Positions 1 through 10,558 of a stretch of 64,000 bases of DNA are shown piece after piece; position 1 is the first letter of the stretch; each line of letters starts with the position of its first letter. The DNA lies in contig CAYSEV010000002.1 of assembly GCA_964430295.1 (NCBI GenBank), positions 7,024-71,023 of the forward strand, written 5' to 3'. Origin of the DNA: an uncultured Gammaproteobacteria bacterium. Lineage in GTDB: Bacteria; Patescibacteriota; Microgenomatia; UBA10105; UBA927. The notes under the pieces were generated by a model, which was given only the letters and a program-made list of their open reading frames with translations, had not been told where the DNA came from and did no database searches. The position numbers were made by a program, and so were the translations under genes.

Positions 1-732
1 CTTTTTCAGTCGAAATTATACGAAAAAGAACGATCGCTTTTTTCATGGATACTTATCATCGCTGCATTCTTTGTCAGTCAACTGAGCAGTATTTTTTGGG
101 GATCACGTATACTTCAGCTTCTTGTGCAATTTCCGTATAGACTCTTTTTATTTTGGATTGTTTCCGGTGCATGGATAATTGCTTATATATCGGAAAGTTG
201 GAAAAAAGTAGGAGTGATGTTGTCTGTACTATCGCTATGTTGGATGGGATATGGATCTATTGCATATTGGAATGCGGAGAGTGTTGTAAGAGATGATGGA
301 TATTTCAGTACGAATGAAGGAACGACGACGGTTGCAAATGAATACATGCCAAAATGGGTTTCTATACTCCCAAACAGACGTACAGACGAACGCATAGAAG
401 TGATAGAAGGAAATGTCCTGATTACTCCAATTCAGATCAACTCAAACAGAATATACGTAAAGCTTCATGCAAAAGAAGACAGTGAACTTCAAATCAATAC
501 GATATTTTATCCGGGTTGGGGAGCCATGATAGATGGGAGACCTATTTCTATTTCTTATAACAATAGTCAGGGCCTTATGCGTTTGCCGCTCTTGACAGGG
601 GATCATACGTTATTTATGGAATTCAGAGAAACAAGGAGCAGATTTGCAGCGGATATGCTGACACTTATATGTATCTTTACCTATATTGGTATGTATTTGA
701 TTCCTCACGTGCAAAAGAGGAGGGGTCATTAG
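1..732 (+). CDS. C-terminal part of a YfhO-like polytopic membrane glycosyltransferase (5' end lies upstream of the window)
   Basis: Frame 1 is open from nt 1 with no stop (the 124 'start' is a GTG artefact of the ORF caller). Ends with the YfhO-type C-terminal motif NTIFYPGWGAMIDGRPISI...GDHTLFMEF shared by other paralogs in the window. Confidence 0.6.
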   Translation, partial: LFQSKLYEKERSLFSWILIIAAFFVSQLSSIFWGSRILQLLVQFPYRLFLFWIVSGAWIIAYISESWKKVGVMLSVLSLCWMGYGSIAYWNAESVVRDDGYFSTNEGTTTVANEYMPKWVSILPNRRTDERIEVIEGNVLITPIQINSNRIYVKLHAKEDSELQINTIFYPGWGAMIDGRPISISYNNSQGLMRLPLLTGDHTLFMEFRETRSRFAADMLTLICIFTYIGMYLIPHVQKRRGH

Positions 733-2427
733 ATGAAATTTCCTAACATTAACAGATATTGGATAGGGCTTATCTTTTCGATGCTATTACTATGGTGGGC
801 AGTCAAACCGCTTCTTAACAATGGGTACTTCCCTATGCACGATGATACACAGGTTGCCCGTGTGATTGCGATGGGTAGTGCACTTCGTGAATATCAGTTT
901 CCTGTCCGCATGGTAGACGGATTAGGATATGGGTATGGGTATCCGATTTTTAACTTTTACTCACCACTTCCATATTATGTCGGTGGAATTCTTTACGCCG
1001 TTGGTATAGATCCATTTGTATCAACCAAGATCATGTTCCTATTACCGATACTTTTTGGATGTGTGTTTCTCTATATGTTTCTTGCCCCTGCGTACGGTAT
1101 AGCATCTGCTGTTATCGGAGCTCTTCTCTTTACATATGCACCATATCATGCGGTTCAACTATATGTTAGGGGATCCGTTGGAGAATATTGGGCTATCGCT
1201 TTTGTTCCTCTTCTTTTACTCTCTATAATGCGTATAACAACACATAAAACATATGATTGGCTCGCAGTGGGGTCATTATCTATGGCTGCGATCATTACGT
1301 CTCACACAATTCTCTCGGTTCTTGTTTTGACGTTGTACATCCTATGCACCATACTATATTTTTTCTATCAGGTTAATAGTAAAAAGTTAAAAGATATATC
1401 TTCGTATGTATCTATTATTTTGATGGTAGTAGGTGGACTTGGAGTATCTGCATTTTTTTGGTTACCAGCGTTTTTGGAAATGAAGTATACAGGAGTTTCA
1501 TCAATGATAGCAGCTGCACCGACTGGGTTTTATGACCATTTTGTTTGTCTCTATCAGTTATGGGACTCACCATGGGGTTTCGGTGGATCTGCACCAGGAT
1601 GTGTGAATGACGGAATGTCATTTAAATTAGGAAAAGTGCACATACTACTTATCTGTGTATCTCTTTGTGTATATTTATGGAAACGATTTGTACATGCGAA
1701 AAAATATACTTCGTTTCAAATAATGATTGGAATAACGGCGCTTGTACTATCACTCTTTGGCGTAGTTGAATATTCAACAGCTGTATGGAAGTTATTTCCA
1801 TTCACTTCTGTTGTTCAATATCCATGGAGACTTCTTTCTGTCGCTATGCTTGCATCTGCAGTGGTAGGAGCCTATGGTATTTCATATATTTCAAACTCGA
1901 GACCCAGAATCCTCACAGCTCTAGTAGTGGGTATTGGCATTATTGCTATAAATGCTAAATTATTTGTTCCTAAATTTATATTTACTCCGGATACGACAAT
2001 TTTTTCAGCATCAGATATACAATTTCGTGTGTCAAAAATTTCGGATGAATATCTGCCTGATAGTCTTATAAAACCAAAATTAGCCAGTGATGTCCCGGGT
2101 GAAGTTCTAACAGCGGGGCCGGATTCCAGGATAACTATACAAACAAAAAAAAGTACATACATACAAGCTCAGATAGAACAGTCAAAGACAGATGTCATCA
2201 CACTGCAAAAAGCCGCATTTCCTGGGTGGCAATTTACTATAGATGGAAAATCTGTACAATCTGATACTATACATGGATTGCCAGTGTTTACCCTGGAAAA
2301 AGGTAACCACACATTTGAGGCTGCATTTAAAGATACGCCTATTCGATCACAGAGTACTATAATAAGTGTCATGACACTGATTTTATTGGGAGGATTATTG
2401 TTCTATGGACAAAAAACCAAAACTTAA
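733..2427 (+). CDS. Polytopic membrane protein, PTPS-related/YfhO-like GT-C family (subfamily A)
   Basis: N-terminus HDDTQVARVIAMGSALREYQFPVRMVDGLGYGYGYPIFNFYSPLPYY matches the HDG..H...PRW...GYG.P.F.FYYPLP.Y signature of paralogs at 23292, 32281, 36390. C-terminal AAFPGWQFTIDGK...GNHTFEA domain. Strong AGGAGG Shine-Dalgarno upstream. Confidence 0.7.
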   Translation: MKFPNINRYWIGLIFSMLLLWWAVKPLLNNGYFPMHDDTQVARVIAMGSALREYQFPVRMVDGLGYGYGYPIFNFYSPLPYYVGGILYAVGIDPFVSTKIMFLLPILFGCVFLYMFLAPAYGIASAVIGALLFTYAPYHAVQLYVRGSVGEYWAIAFVPLLLLSIMRITTHKTYDWLAVGSLSMAAIITSHTILSVLVLTLYILCTILYFFYQVNSKKLKDISSYVSIILMVVGGLGVSAFFWLPAFLEMKYTGVSSMIAAAPTGFYDHFVCLYQLWDSPWGFGGSAPGCVNDGMSFKLGKVHILLICVSLCVYLWKRFVHAKKYTSFQIMIGITALVLSLFGVVEYSTAVWKLFPFTSVVQYPWRLLSVAMLASAVVGAYGISYISNSRPRILTALVVGIGIIAINAKLFVPKFIFTPDTTIFSASDIQFRVSKISDEYLPDSLIKPKLASDVPGEVLTAGPDSRITIQTKKSTYIQAQIEQSKTDVITLQKAAFPGWQFTIDGKSVQSDTIHGLPVFTLEKGNHTFEAAFKDTPIRSQSTIISVMTLILLGGLLFYGQKTKT

Positions 2428-3139
2428 TATTGTCTTACCTGTCTATAATGAGGAAGAAGAACTCTCTGAACATACAGAGACGTTAGTCAGGTATCTGAAA
2501 AGTGACCTTAAAGATTTTATATGGAGTGTGACAATCGCAGATAACGCGTCGACTGATAAGACGCTTGTTGTGGCAAATAAACTTGCCAAAAAATATCCTG
2601 AAGTACGCGTACTTCATTTGGATCAAAAGGGTAGAGGCAGAGCTGTAAAAGCCGCCTGGTTAGGAACGCAGGCAGATGTACACTGCTATATGGATATAGA
2701 TTTATCTACGGATCTCAAACACCTACCCGGACTCGTCCGTTCACTTATTCGGGGATATGATATAGCCATCGGCACGCGTAACGCCCAGGGGTCACGGGTA
2801 TACGGTAGAAGCTTACTTCGAACAATTACCTCAAAAGCGTATATCCTTATGATTAAATCAATATTTTTTGTTAAGTTTTCCGATGCGCAGTGCGGATTCA
2901 AGGCAATTACCGATGAAGCAGCAAAAAAAATATTGCCTCTCCTAAAGGATGATGAGTGGTTTTTTGATAGTGAACTATTAATCGTTGCAGAGAAACTAGG
3001 ATATCGGATCTATGAAGAGCATGTAACCTGGATAGATAATCCCGGTTCCACCGTGCGCGTAGTAAAAACTGCACAGGGAGATATCGAAGGCCTTATGCGT
3101 CTTTTTTTGCAACGGCCGTGGAAAAAAGCAACACTATAA
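2405..3139 (+). CDS. GT2 polyprenol-phosphate sugar synthase (DPM1/GtrB/CsbB-like)
   Basis: NIVLPVYNEEEEL...TIADNASTDKT...DIAIGTR motifs of the GT-A fold; size and architecture of dolichyl/undecaprenyl-phosphate glycosyltransferases. Confidence 0.7.
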   Translation: MDKKPKLNIVLPVYNEEEELSEHTETLVRYLKSDLKDFIWSVTIADNASTDKTLVVANKLAKKYPEVRVLHLDQKGRGRAVKAAWLGTQADVHCYMDIDLSTDLKHLPGLVRSLIRGYDIAIGTRNAQGSRVYGRSLLRTITSKAYILMIKSIFFVKFSDAQCGFKAITDEAAKKILPLLKDDEWFFDSELLIVAEKLGYRIYEEHVTWIDNPGSTVRVVKTAQGDIEGLMRLFLQRPWKKATL

Positions 3140-3143
3140 TGAT

Positions 3144-4586
3144 ATGAAAGAAACAGATATACATGCTATTAAAAAGCGTTCATTAACGGGAATTATTGCG
3201 TTGACATCCCGTACATTTTTACTGCAAATTATCGCATTTGCTTCAACATTCCTCTTGACTGTATTTTTGAGCCCTTCGATATTTGGTGTATTTTATGTAG
3301 TATCTGCTATTATTTCTTTTCTTTCTTATTTTTCTGATGTCGGGCTTGCCGCTGCACTTATTCAGAAAAAAGAAACGTTAACAGACGAAGATTTGATTAC
3401 CACATTTACCATACAGCAGCTATTAGTATTTCCTGTGAGTTTGGTTGCACTATTATGTTCATCATATGTAGGTACCTTTTATAAACTGGATGCATCAGGC
3501 ATCGCACTATTTCAGTCTTTGGTTTTTTCATTCTTTATTTCATCATTAAAGACGATTCCTTCTGTCCTTTTGGAACGAGAATTACAGTTTAACAAATTGG
3601 TTATACCGCAGATTGCAGAAACCATAGGTTTTTATGGTGTGGCAGTCATCATGGCATGGAAGGGCTTTGGGCTTACCAGTTTTACCTGGGCAGTTGTGAC
3701 TCGGGCAGTCATTGGATTTGTACTTATGTATAGTATCTCTCCATGGAAAATACGACTTGGTATTTCAAAACCTGTAGCAAAACGACTTCTTAAATTTGGT
3801 ATACCGTTTCAGATGAATTCACTCCTTGCTCTGGTAAAGGATGATTTGATGACAGTATTTTTAGGAAAAGTTCTGACATTTGAGCAAATAGGATATATAG
3901 GGTGGGCAAAAAAATGGGCGGAAGTGCCTCTACGGCTTATTATGGACAGTGTTATTCGAGTTACTTTTCCTGCATTTTCCCGTCTACAGCATTCGAAAGA
4001 ACACTTAGGCAGTGCAATCGAAAAAACGCTGTTTGGACTATCTGTTGCGATGATGCCGATCTCTGTAGGTCTCTTATATTTTATAGAACCGGCGGTACGT
4101 TTGATACCAAAATATGGTAAATGGGAACCTGCTCTTTTGTCTTTCTATATATTTGTATTGACTGCACTTTTGGCAGGATTTTCTACACCGCTTACCAACG
4201 CGCTGAATGCGGTGGGAAAGATTAAAACCACTATGTTCCTTATGATTTTCTGGACTGTCGGGACGTGGGTATTTACGCTTCTGTTTATTCCTATATTTGG
4301 ATTTAACGGATTTGCTATTACTATGTTTATACTTTCGCTTGCATTATTTGCCGTTATAAAGCTTTCCAAGTCTATTGCGGATTTTTCGTTTATATCTCAG
4401 ATAAAATGGCCATTTATAGCATCGTTGTGTCAGTTGGTATGGTATCAGGTAGCACGGGGAACACAACCGTATTCAACACCAAGACTGGCAGTCGTTGCCA
4501 TATCCGGTGTTATACTATATGGAGCGATCTTGTGGCATTTCGAACGAAAACGGATTGCAGAAATTGTCACCATAGCCAGAACCTGA
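3144..4586 (+). CDS. Wzx-like polysaccharide/oligosaccharide flippase (MOP superfamily)
   Basis: 480 aa, about 12-14 predicted TM helices, hydrophobic throughout, typical Polysacc_synt architecture, placed directly after a polyprenol-P-sugar synthase. Confidence 0.6.
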   Translation: MKETDIHAIKKRSLTGIIALTSRTFLLQIIAFASTFLLTVFLSPSIFGVFYVVSAIISFLSYFSDVGLAAALIQKKETLTDEDLITTFTIQQLLVFPVSLVALLCSSYVGTFYKLDASGIALFQSLVFSFFISSLKTIPSVLLERELQFNKLVIPQIAETIGFYGVAVIMAWKGFGLTSFTWAVVTRAVIGFVLMYSISPWKIRLGISKPVAKRLLKFGIPFQMNSLLALVKDDLMTVFLGKVLTFEQIGYIGWAKKWAEVPLRLIMDSVIRVTFPAFSRLQHSKEHLGSAIEKTLFGLSVAMMPISVGLLYFIEPAVRLIPKYGKWEPALLSFYIFVLTALLAGFSTPLTNALNAVGKIKTTMFLMIFWTVGTWVFTLLFIPIFGFNGFAITMFILSLALFAVIKLSKSIADFSFISQIKWPFIASLCQLVWYQVARGTQPYSTPRLAVVAISGVILYGAILWHFERKRIAEIVTIART

Positions 4587-4593
4587 AAAACGT

Positions 4594-5505
4594 ATGAAAC
4601 AGACTCTTTCAGTTGTTGTCTCCGCATACAATGAAGCGCATACACTAGGTCGTTGTTTAGCTTCTGTCGCCTTTGCAGATGAAATTATTGTTGTTGATAA
4701 CGAGTCACTGGATGACACAGCAAAAGTTGCCAGAACATTCACCAAAAACGTATATAGGCAGAAAAATCTGCTCATGCTCAACACAAATAAAAATGTTGGT
4801 TTCTCTAAAGCCACATCAGATTGGATATTAAATCTGGATGCAGACGAAGTTGTCCCGGAATCACTTGCGAAGGAAATTATAAGGATCATACAAGAAAATC
4901 CTAAAGAAAATGGATTTTGGATAGCCAGACGCAATTTCTCATTTGGTAAATGGATACAGCATGGGCTATGGTGGCCGGATAAACAGTTACGGTTGTTTAG
5001 AAGAAATAAAGGATCGTTTCCGTGTATCCATATTCATGAATATATTTCCGTAGAGGGTGAGGTTGGTACCCTCACAGAAGCCTACGATCATTATAATTAT
5101 GAATCTATTCATCAGTATCTGACAAAAATCGATCGTGCTTCAACGAGTGAAGCATTATCACTCAAAGAATCAAACTACGCATTATCCTGGTTTGATGCCC
5201 TCCGATTTCCCGTTTCTGATTTCCTGAAAATTTATTTTGCCCAACGTGGATATAAAGATGGACTTCATGGATTGGTTCTTGCTCTATTTCAATCGTTTTA
5301 TTCGTTTGCGGTTTTTGCAAAATACTGGGAGATGAACGGCTTTACTAAACGTGATATTACACCCGGTGAAATCACAACAGAATTACAACATAATGCAAAA
5401 GAAATGCAGTATTGGCAACTTTCCATGGGTATTGATGAAGACAAAAGTAGTGTAGGAAAGCTTCATAAAAAAATACTTCGAAAATTCATAAAAACATCAG
5501 TATGA
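4594..5505 (+). CDS. GT2 glycosyltransferase (WaaE/KdtX-like subfamily)
   Basis: LSVVVSAYNEAHTLGRCLASVAFADEIIVVDNESLDDT...LDADE and C-terminal WIARRNFSFGKWIQHGLWWPDKQLRLFRR, shared with paralogs at 6400 and 33927. Confidence 0.7.
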   Translation: MKQTLSVVVSAYNEAHTLGRCLASVAFADEIIVVDNESLDDTAKVARTFTKNVYRQKNLLMLNTNKNVGFSKATSDWILNLDADEVVPESLAKEIIRIIQENPKENGFWIARRNFSFGKWIQHGLWWPDKQLRLFRRNKGSFPCIHIHEYISVEGEVGTLTEAYDHYNYESIHQYLTKIDRASTSEALSLKESNYALSWFDALRFPVSDFLKIYFAQRGYKDGLHGLVLALFQSFYSFAVFAKYWEMNGFTKRDITPGEITTELQHNAKEMQYWQLSMGIDEDKSSVGKLHKKILRKFIKTSV

Positions 5506-6422
5506 AACAATCAGTCTACGCAATCATCGTAAATTGGAATGGTATAGAGGATACATTAAACTGTCTTCAGTCACTTTCAAAAATAAACCGTTCGTATGCA
5601 AATTTAACTGTTTTGGTTGTTGATAACGGATCTACAAATGATTCCGTTTCCCAGATACATAAAAAATATCCTGATGTAACAGTACTGGAAACAGGGAAAA
5701 ATTTGGGATTTACAGGTGGCAACAATGTAGGGATGGACTATGCTCTCTCCCATAACGCTGATTTTATATGGATGCTCAATAACGATACTCTTGTCCATAA
5801 AGATGTGCTTTCATTTGTTAATCAATTCAACGATCCAAAGGTTGGGGCATGCGGAAGTAAAATATATTTTGCAAAAGGACATGAATATCATGCTGACAGA
5901 TATACAGATAAAGAGCGCGGGCATGTATTATGGTACGCAGGTGGCAAGGTGGACTGGCAAAATATCTATGCATCGCACCGGGGTGTTGATGAAGTGGATC
6001 ATGGGCAGTATGACACAGTAGAAGAAACCCCGTTTATAACCGGATGCTCGTTTATTGTACGCTCTGATATTGTTAAATCAGTCGGTAAACTTGATGATGC
6101 ATACTATTTATACCTTGAAGATCTGGACTGGAGTGTCCGTATACAGCGTGCAGGGTATACATTACAGTATGTTCCAACGTCCATGCTGTGGCATGTGAAT
6201 GCAGGATCCTCCGGGAAGCCTGGAAATCCGACACATGAGTATTACTTTACCCGCAATAGACTCATATTTGGATTTAGATATGCATCTCTTCGTACGAAAT
6301 TTGCATTGGTTCGGGAAGCAGGCAGATTTTTTGTCGGCGCATCCTCTGTGCGACGACGTGCAGTGTCGGATTGGCTGCTTCGAAAATTCGGTAAACAATA
6401 TGAGCCAAAAAAAATCAATTGA
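5502..6422 (+). CDS. GT2 glycosyltransferase (rhamnosyltransferase/WbbL-like)
   Basis: SVYAIIVNWNGIEDTLNCLQSL...LVVDNGSTNDS...GGNNVG motifs. Confidence 0.7.
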   Translation: MKQSVYAIIVNWNGIEDTLNCLQSLSKINRSYANLTVLVVDNGSTNDSVSQIHKKYPDVTVLETGKNLGFTGGNNVGMDYALSHNADFIWMLNNDTLVHKDVLSFVNQFNDPKVGACGSKIYFAKGHEYHADRYTDKERGHVLWYAGGKVDWQNIYASHRGVDEVDHGQYDTVEETPFITGCSFIVRSDIVKSVGKLDDAYYLYLEDLDWSVRIQRAGYTLQYVPTSMLWHVNAGSSGKPGNPTHEYYFTRNRLIFGFRYASLRTKFALVREAGRFFVGASSVRRRAVSDWLLRKFGKQYEPKKIN

Positions 6423-7194
6423 TGCAATCATCATAGCCAAAAATGAATCTGCAAGGATTAGAGCGTGCATACAGCATCTGTCGTTTTGTTCTCATATCTT
6501 TGTCATCGATAACGGTTCAACGGATGACACAATCGCATCTGCAAAAAAATCAGGAGCAATAGTCTACACAACCGATTCAAAAAATTTCGCAGATGTGCGA
6601 AATTTGGGAGCAACATATTCAACAGCAGACTGGCTGTTGTATATAGATGCAGATGAATTTGTCAGCCCTTCACTGCAAACAGAGGTAGAAGATGTGATCG
6701 CAGGAAATAGCGATATAAAAGGATATAGAATACTTCGTGATAATTATTACCTAGGGTATCTGTGGCCTACTCATGATGGTATGGTTCGGCTTATTCATCG
6801 AACATCACTTACAGCGTGGCGTGGAGATATCCATGAACATGCTGAAATTCAAGGGACTGTGGGAGTGCTAACAAACCATCTTATTCATGACACACATCGA
6901 ACGCTTCATGAGATGACGGAAAAAACAAACGAGTGGTCAGAAATAGAAGCGAAACTGCGGTTTGATACAAACCATCCGCAAATTGTCCCATGGCGACTGT
7001 TTCGTGTCATGTTGACGGGATTTTTTACGTCGTATATGAAAGATGGCGGATGGAAAATGGGAACTGTCGGGCTAATTGAAAGTATTTTTCAGGCTTTCAG
7101 TATGTTTACCACATACGCCAAACTGTGGGAATTACAACAGAAGGCGAATGATAAGTCAAAAGGGAAAAGTGTAAAGTCGAAAAATGATTTATGA
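6400..7194 (+). CDS. GT2 glycosyltransferase (WaaE/KdtX-like paralog)
   Basis: The listed ORF starts at 6199 but overlaps the upstream gene by >200 nt. The internal ATG at 6400 (MSQKKSIDAIIIAKNESARI...VIDNGSTDDT...YIDADE) gives a canonical GT2 N-terminus and a 23-nt overlap. C-terminal ILRDNYYLGYLWPTHDGMVRLIHR is paralogous to 4594 and 33927. Confidence 0.65.
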   Translation: MSQKKSIDAIIIAKNESARIRACIQHLSFCSHIFVIDNGSTDDTIASAKKSGAIVYTTDSKNFADVRNLGATYSTADWLLYIDADEFVSPSLQTEVEDVIAGNSDIKGYRILRDNYYLGYLWPTHDGMVRLIHRTSLTAWRGDIHEHAEIQGTVGVLTNHLIHDTHRTLHEMTEKTNEWSEIEAKLRFDTNHPQIVPWRLFRVMLTGFFTSYMKDGGWKMGTVGLIESIFQAFSMFTTYAKLWELQQKANDKSKGKSVKSKNDL

Positions 7195-9524
7195 GAAATA
7201 TTGTTCAAAAGTATTGGCCAATTTTCGCAATAGGTATACTCTGGGTTGTGTTTAGTGCGTCGTATTTCATAAAGGGACTTGTGCCGTTTCCGTCATCATA
7301 TCTGATTTCCTCATTTCCTCCGTGGAATGCACATACAGGCGTTCCTGTAAAAAACAATGCAATGCCCGATATTATTTCTCAAATTTATCCGTGGAAAGTA
7401 TTGACGGTGGATTCCTGGAAAAAGGGTGTAATTCCGTTATGGAATCCATATAGTTTTGCCGGCACCGGTCATGCTGCAAATTATCAGACAGCTATTTTCT
7501 CTCCACTTACACTTTTATTTTTTGTTCTGCCGTTTATAGATGCATGGAGTCTCTTAATCTTGCTGCAACCGCTTGTCGCGGGACTTGGCATGTATCTGTT
7601 TCTTCGTGAAAGAAATTCTAGTGCACGGGTAGGGTCTTTTATCGGTGCAGTAGCATTTATGTTTTGCGGATTTATGGTCGGATGGATGGCGTATGGGACT
7701 CTTGGGTGGTCTGCAGCCATGTTACCATGGATATTATTTTTTATCTCCAGATACGTATCAAAACATATATGGTATGCACCAATTCTGGCGTCTCTTTCTA
7801 TAGCGGCTTCATTTGTATCAGGACATTTTCAGATCAGTGTATATGTCCTGGGACTTTCACTTCTGTATACAATATTTATATCAGTTCGCTATAAACGGAT
7901 TACTGATGGATTTATTTTGTTACTGTATATACTGTTCGGTCTTGCTATTGCTGCCCCACAACTGCTTTTGACGTATCATGCATATCAACAATCTGTTCGC
8001 AGTACGAGTTTTATAAAAGGTGAAGTGATTCCATGGAATTATATAGTCTCACTATTTGCTCCTGATTTTTATGGAAATCCCGTGACACGTAATGACTGGT
8101 TTGGTCATTATGCCGAATGGGCGTCATATATTGGAATCATTCCACTTATTCTGGCTCTATTATCTTTTGCATATAAGCGAACAAAAGAACAGTTGTTTTT
8201 TATGTGTGTCGCAATCATAACAATGATCCTGGCATATCAGTCACCTCTGAGTGACCTATTATTTTTCCTAAAAATCCCTGCGCTTTCTACGAGTGCAGCT
8301 TCCCGTATTTTGATTCTAACAAGCTTTTCATTATCGTTTTTAAGTGCTGTCGGATGGAGTCATATACAGGATATATGGGTTAGTAAAAACCGAAAATTAT
8401 TTTTTATATATAGTGCCTGCATACTATCAATTGTACTCATTATCTGGGGAATTGTTCTGGGACTTCGTCCGTTTGATATTGAAAAATTGTCTGTAGCAAA
8501 ACGTAATTTGGTTTTGCCAACTGGTCTCACTCTTCTGTCACTGATACTCATGGTTGCAGGGTTTATGAAGTCAAAGATGATGAAAAGTGTCGTCATTCTT
8601 CTGATACTTTTCGGAGTGGTATTTGATCTGTATAGATTCTCTTCTAAATGGATGCCATTTGAATCCAGATCGGATATATATCCGCCGGTTGCATCTTTAG
8701 AATATCTTCGCGCACATGCCGGACCTAACCGTGTATTCGGAAATATTGGCGGTGAAGTTGCATCCACTTTTGGTATTTCACTTATCGAAGGATATGATGC
8801 GATGTATCAGAAACGGTATGGAGAATTTATGCAGGCGGCATCAAAAAAACTTCCGCTTCCTCCTGAACGGTCTGTTGTTCAGTTCGATAAAAACGGAGTT
8901 CACAGAGATACCGTATTGCAACTTCTGGGTGTGAAATATATCTATCATCGGAAAAGTGATGGTCAGGCAGTCTGGGCATTTCCGTTTTGGGAATACGAAA
9001 AAGCGGGGAGTATGAAACAGGTGTATGCTGATGATGACTACTGGATTTACGAATATACCGATGCCTTCCCACGCGCATTTCTGGCGGGAAATTATGTGGT
9101 AAAACAATCGGACCGTGAACTTCTTTCAGAGCTTTTTTCCGACCGCGTGAACTTACGAGATACAGTCCTTTTGGAAGAAGAACCATCTGTAAAACCTCAA
9201 GAGGGAAGCGCATCGGCTGAAATCGTATCCTATACACCCAACCGTGTGGAAATAAAAACAACAGCAGATTCACCAAAATTACTTTTTCTTTCCGATACGT
9301 ATGACTCCGGTTGGAGTGCCCGGTTAGATGGTGTAAACCCTACTCGAATTTTTCGCGCAGATTATGACTTCCGGGCCGTTGAAGTGCCAGCCGGTGTTCA
9401 TACTGTCGAGTTTATATATAGACCATCATCTGTATTGTTCGGATTCTGGATTTCCATCGCATCACTCATTTCGATTATACTGAGTACTATCTCATCGTAT
9501 CTTTATGAACATCGGCATCGTTAG
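7191..9524 (+). CDS. YfhO family polytopic membrane glycosyltransferase (subfamily B)
   Basis: 777 aa. IYPWKVLTVDSWKKGVIPLWNPYSFAGTGHAANYQTAIFSPL near the N-terminus (conserved in 10559 and 24907). C-terminal SDTYDSGWSARLDGV...AGVHTVEFIY beta-sandwich motif. ATGA overlap with upstream gene. Confidence 0.75.
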   Translation: MRNIVQKYWPIFAIGILWVVFSASYFIKGLVPFPSSYLISSFPPWNAHTGVPVKNNAMPDIISQIYPWKVLTVDSWKKGVIPLWNPYSFAGTGHAANYQTAIFSPLTLLFFVLPFIDAWSLLILLQPLVAGLGMYLFLRERNSSARVGSFIGAVAFMFCGFMVGWMAYGTLGWSAAMLPWILFFISRYVSKHIWYAPILASLSIAASFVSGHFQISVYVLGLSLLYTIFISVRYKRITDGFILLLYILFGLAIAAPQLLLTYHAYQQSVRSTSFIKGEVIPWNYIVSLFAPDFYGNPVTRNDWFGHYAEWASYIGIIPLILALLSFAYKRTKEQLFFMCVAIITMILAYQSPLSDLLFFLKIPALSTSAASRILILTSFSLSFLSAVGWSHIQDIWVSKNRKLFFIYSACILSIVLIIWGIVLGLRPFDIEKLSVAKRNLVLPTGLTLLSLILMVAGFMKSKMMKSVVILLILFGVVFDLYRFSSKWMPFESRSDIYPPVASLEYLRAHAGPNRVFGNIGGEVASTFGISLIEGYDAMYQKRYGEFMQAASKKLPLPPERSVVQFDKNGVHRDTVLQLLGVKYIYHRKSDGQAVWAFPFWEYEKAGSMKQVYADDDYWIYEYTDAFPRAFLAGNYVVKQSDRELLSELFSDRVNLRDTVLLEEEPSVKPQEGSASAEIVSYTPNRVEIKTTADSPKLLFLSDTYDSGWSARLDGVNPTRIFRADYDFRAVEVPAGVHTVEFIYRPSSVLFGFWISIASLISIILSTISSYLYEHRHR

Positions 9525-10554
9525 TCCATATTTTGATTCACTTGGTGGCGGGGAACGCTATATGTTTTCCATAGCTGCACGCGTATCGGGAAGTCATACT
9601 GTACATATATTTTGGGATGATCCAAACATTCTCCAAAAAGCATCAGAGCGGTTTATGCTGGACCTTCGAACTGTATCCGTCGTGCCAAATGTATTTGCTC
9701 ATGGCTCGTTTATAGAGAAGCTGTCTGTCACAAAAAAGTATGATGCTATATTTTTTCTGACGGATGGAAGTATTCCATTTAGTCTCGCAAAACATAACAT
9801 TCTTCATATACAGGTACCCTTTGCCCATATCGATATGCCATTCTGGAAACGGCTGCGATTTAACACTGTTATATATAATTCGAAATTTACATACGAGCAT
9901 GCGGATAGGTCAATTGCAGCTATTGCACATCAGATTATCTATCCGCCGGTGAAACCAATACAGGCATCTGCCGCATCAAAAACAAAACAGATTCTCTCAG
10001 TCGGACGGTTCGGCGGTCTCTATAATGCAAAAAAGTTTGATGTTCTGATAGATGCATTTGAAACATTCATACAGGAAAAAGCATATAAAGGCTATACACT
10101 TGCACTTGCAGGTGGCGTCCTTTTAACAGATACACATGCATTTGAAGCGCTCAGAAAACGGGTAGAAAAACTTCCTGTTGTTTTGTATCCGGACTGTCCG
10201 TATAAAACGCTTATTTCTTTGTACGAAGAGTCTTCTGTGTATTGGCATGCGGCAGGGTTTGGTGAAACTAAACCTGAAAATATGGAACATTTTGGTATTG
10301 CGCCTGTGGAAGCCATGAGTGCCGGAACAGTCCCAGTTGTATATAACGGAGGTGGACTGCCGGAAATAGTAACAGATGGTACAGATGGATATCTGTGGAA
10401 TACTCCCGAGAAGCTCGTGGCAAAAACCAAAGAACTGGTATCTGACCCGATCGTATATAACAAACTATCTGCACAGGCAATGATAACAGCACAAAAATTT
10501 TCAACTGACGCATTTAATACGCAGATAGATATGGTACTCAAGTCGTTCACATAA
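9505..10554 (+). CDS. GT4 (GT-B fold) glycosyltransferase
   Basis: MNIGIVSPYFDSLGGGERY N-terminus and FGIAPVEAMSAGTVPVVYNGGGLPEIV (E-x7-E region) typical of GT4/GT1 retaining glycosyltransferases. Confidence 0.75.
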   Translation: MNIGIVSPYFDSLGGGERYMFSIAARVSGSHTVHIFWDDPNILQKASERFMLDLRTVSVVPNVFAHGSFIEKLSVTKKYDAIFFLTDGSIPFSLAKHNILHIQVPFAHIDMPFWKRLRFNTVIYNSKFTYEHADRSIAAIAHQIIYPPVKPIQASAASKTKQILSVGRFGGLYNAKKFDVLIDAFETFIQEKAYKGYTLALAGGVLLTDTHAFEALRKRVEKLPVVLYPDCPYKTLISLYEESSVYWHAAGFGETKPENMEHFGIAPVEAMSAGTVPVVYNGGGLPEIVTDGTDGYLWNTPEKLVAKTKELVSDPIVYNKLSAQAMITAQKFSTDAFNTQIDMVLKSFT

Positions 10555-10558
10555 CTAT

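Noticed and set aside
4515-4934. 139-aa minus-strand ORF spanning the flippase/GT2 junction
   Set aside because: It lies antisense to two well-supported plus-strand genes and has low-complexity, Ser-rich composition with no motif. It is a typical shadow ORF in AT-rich DNA.
6199-6399. Long N-terminal extension of the GT2 ORF (MQDPPGSLEIRH...) overlapping the upstream gene by about 220 nt
   Set aside because: The extension has no GT2 features and lies wholly inside the preceding gene in another frame. The internal ATG at 6400 gives a canonical GT2 start.
8827-9276. 149-aa minus-strand ORF inside the YfhO gene 7191-9524
   Set aside because: It is fully embedded antisense in a gene with strong family signatures and shows no independent signal.
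10092-10550. 152-aa minus-strand ORF inside the GT4 gene 9505-10554
   Set aside because: Shadow ORF. The Ser/Thr-rich translation is typical of antisense reading of a coding region.
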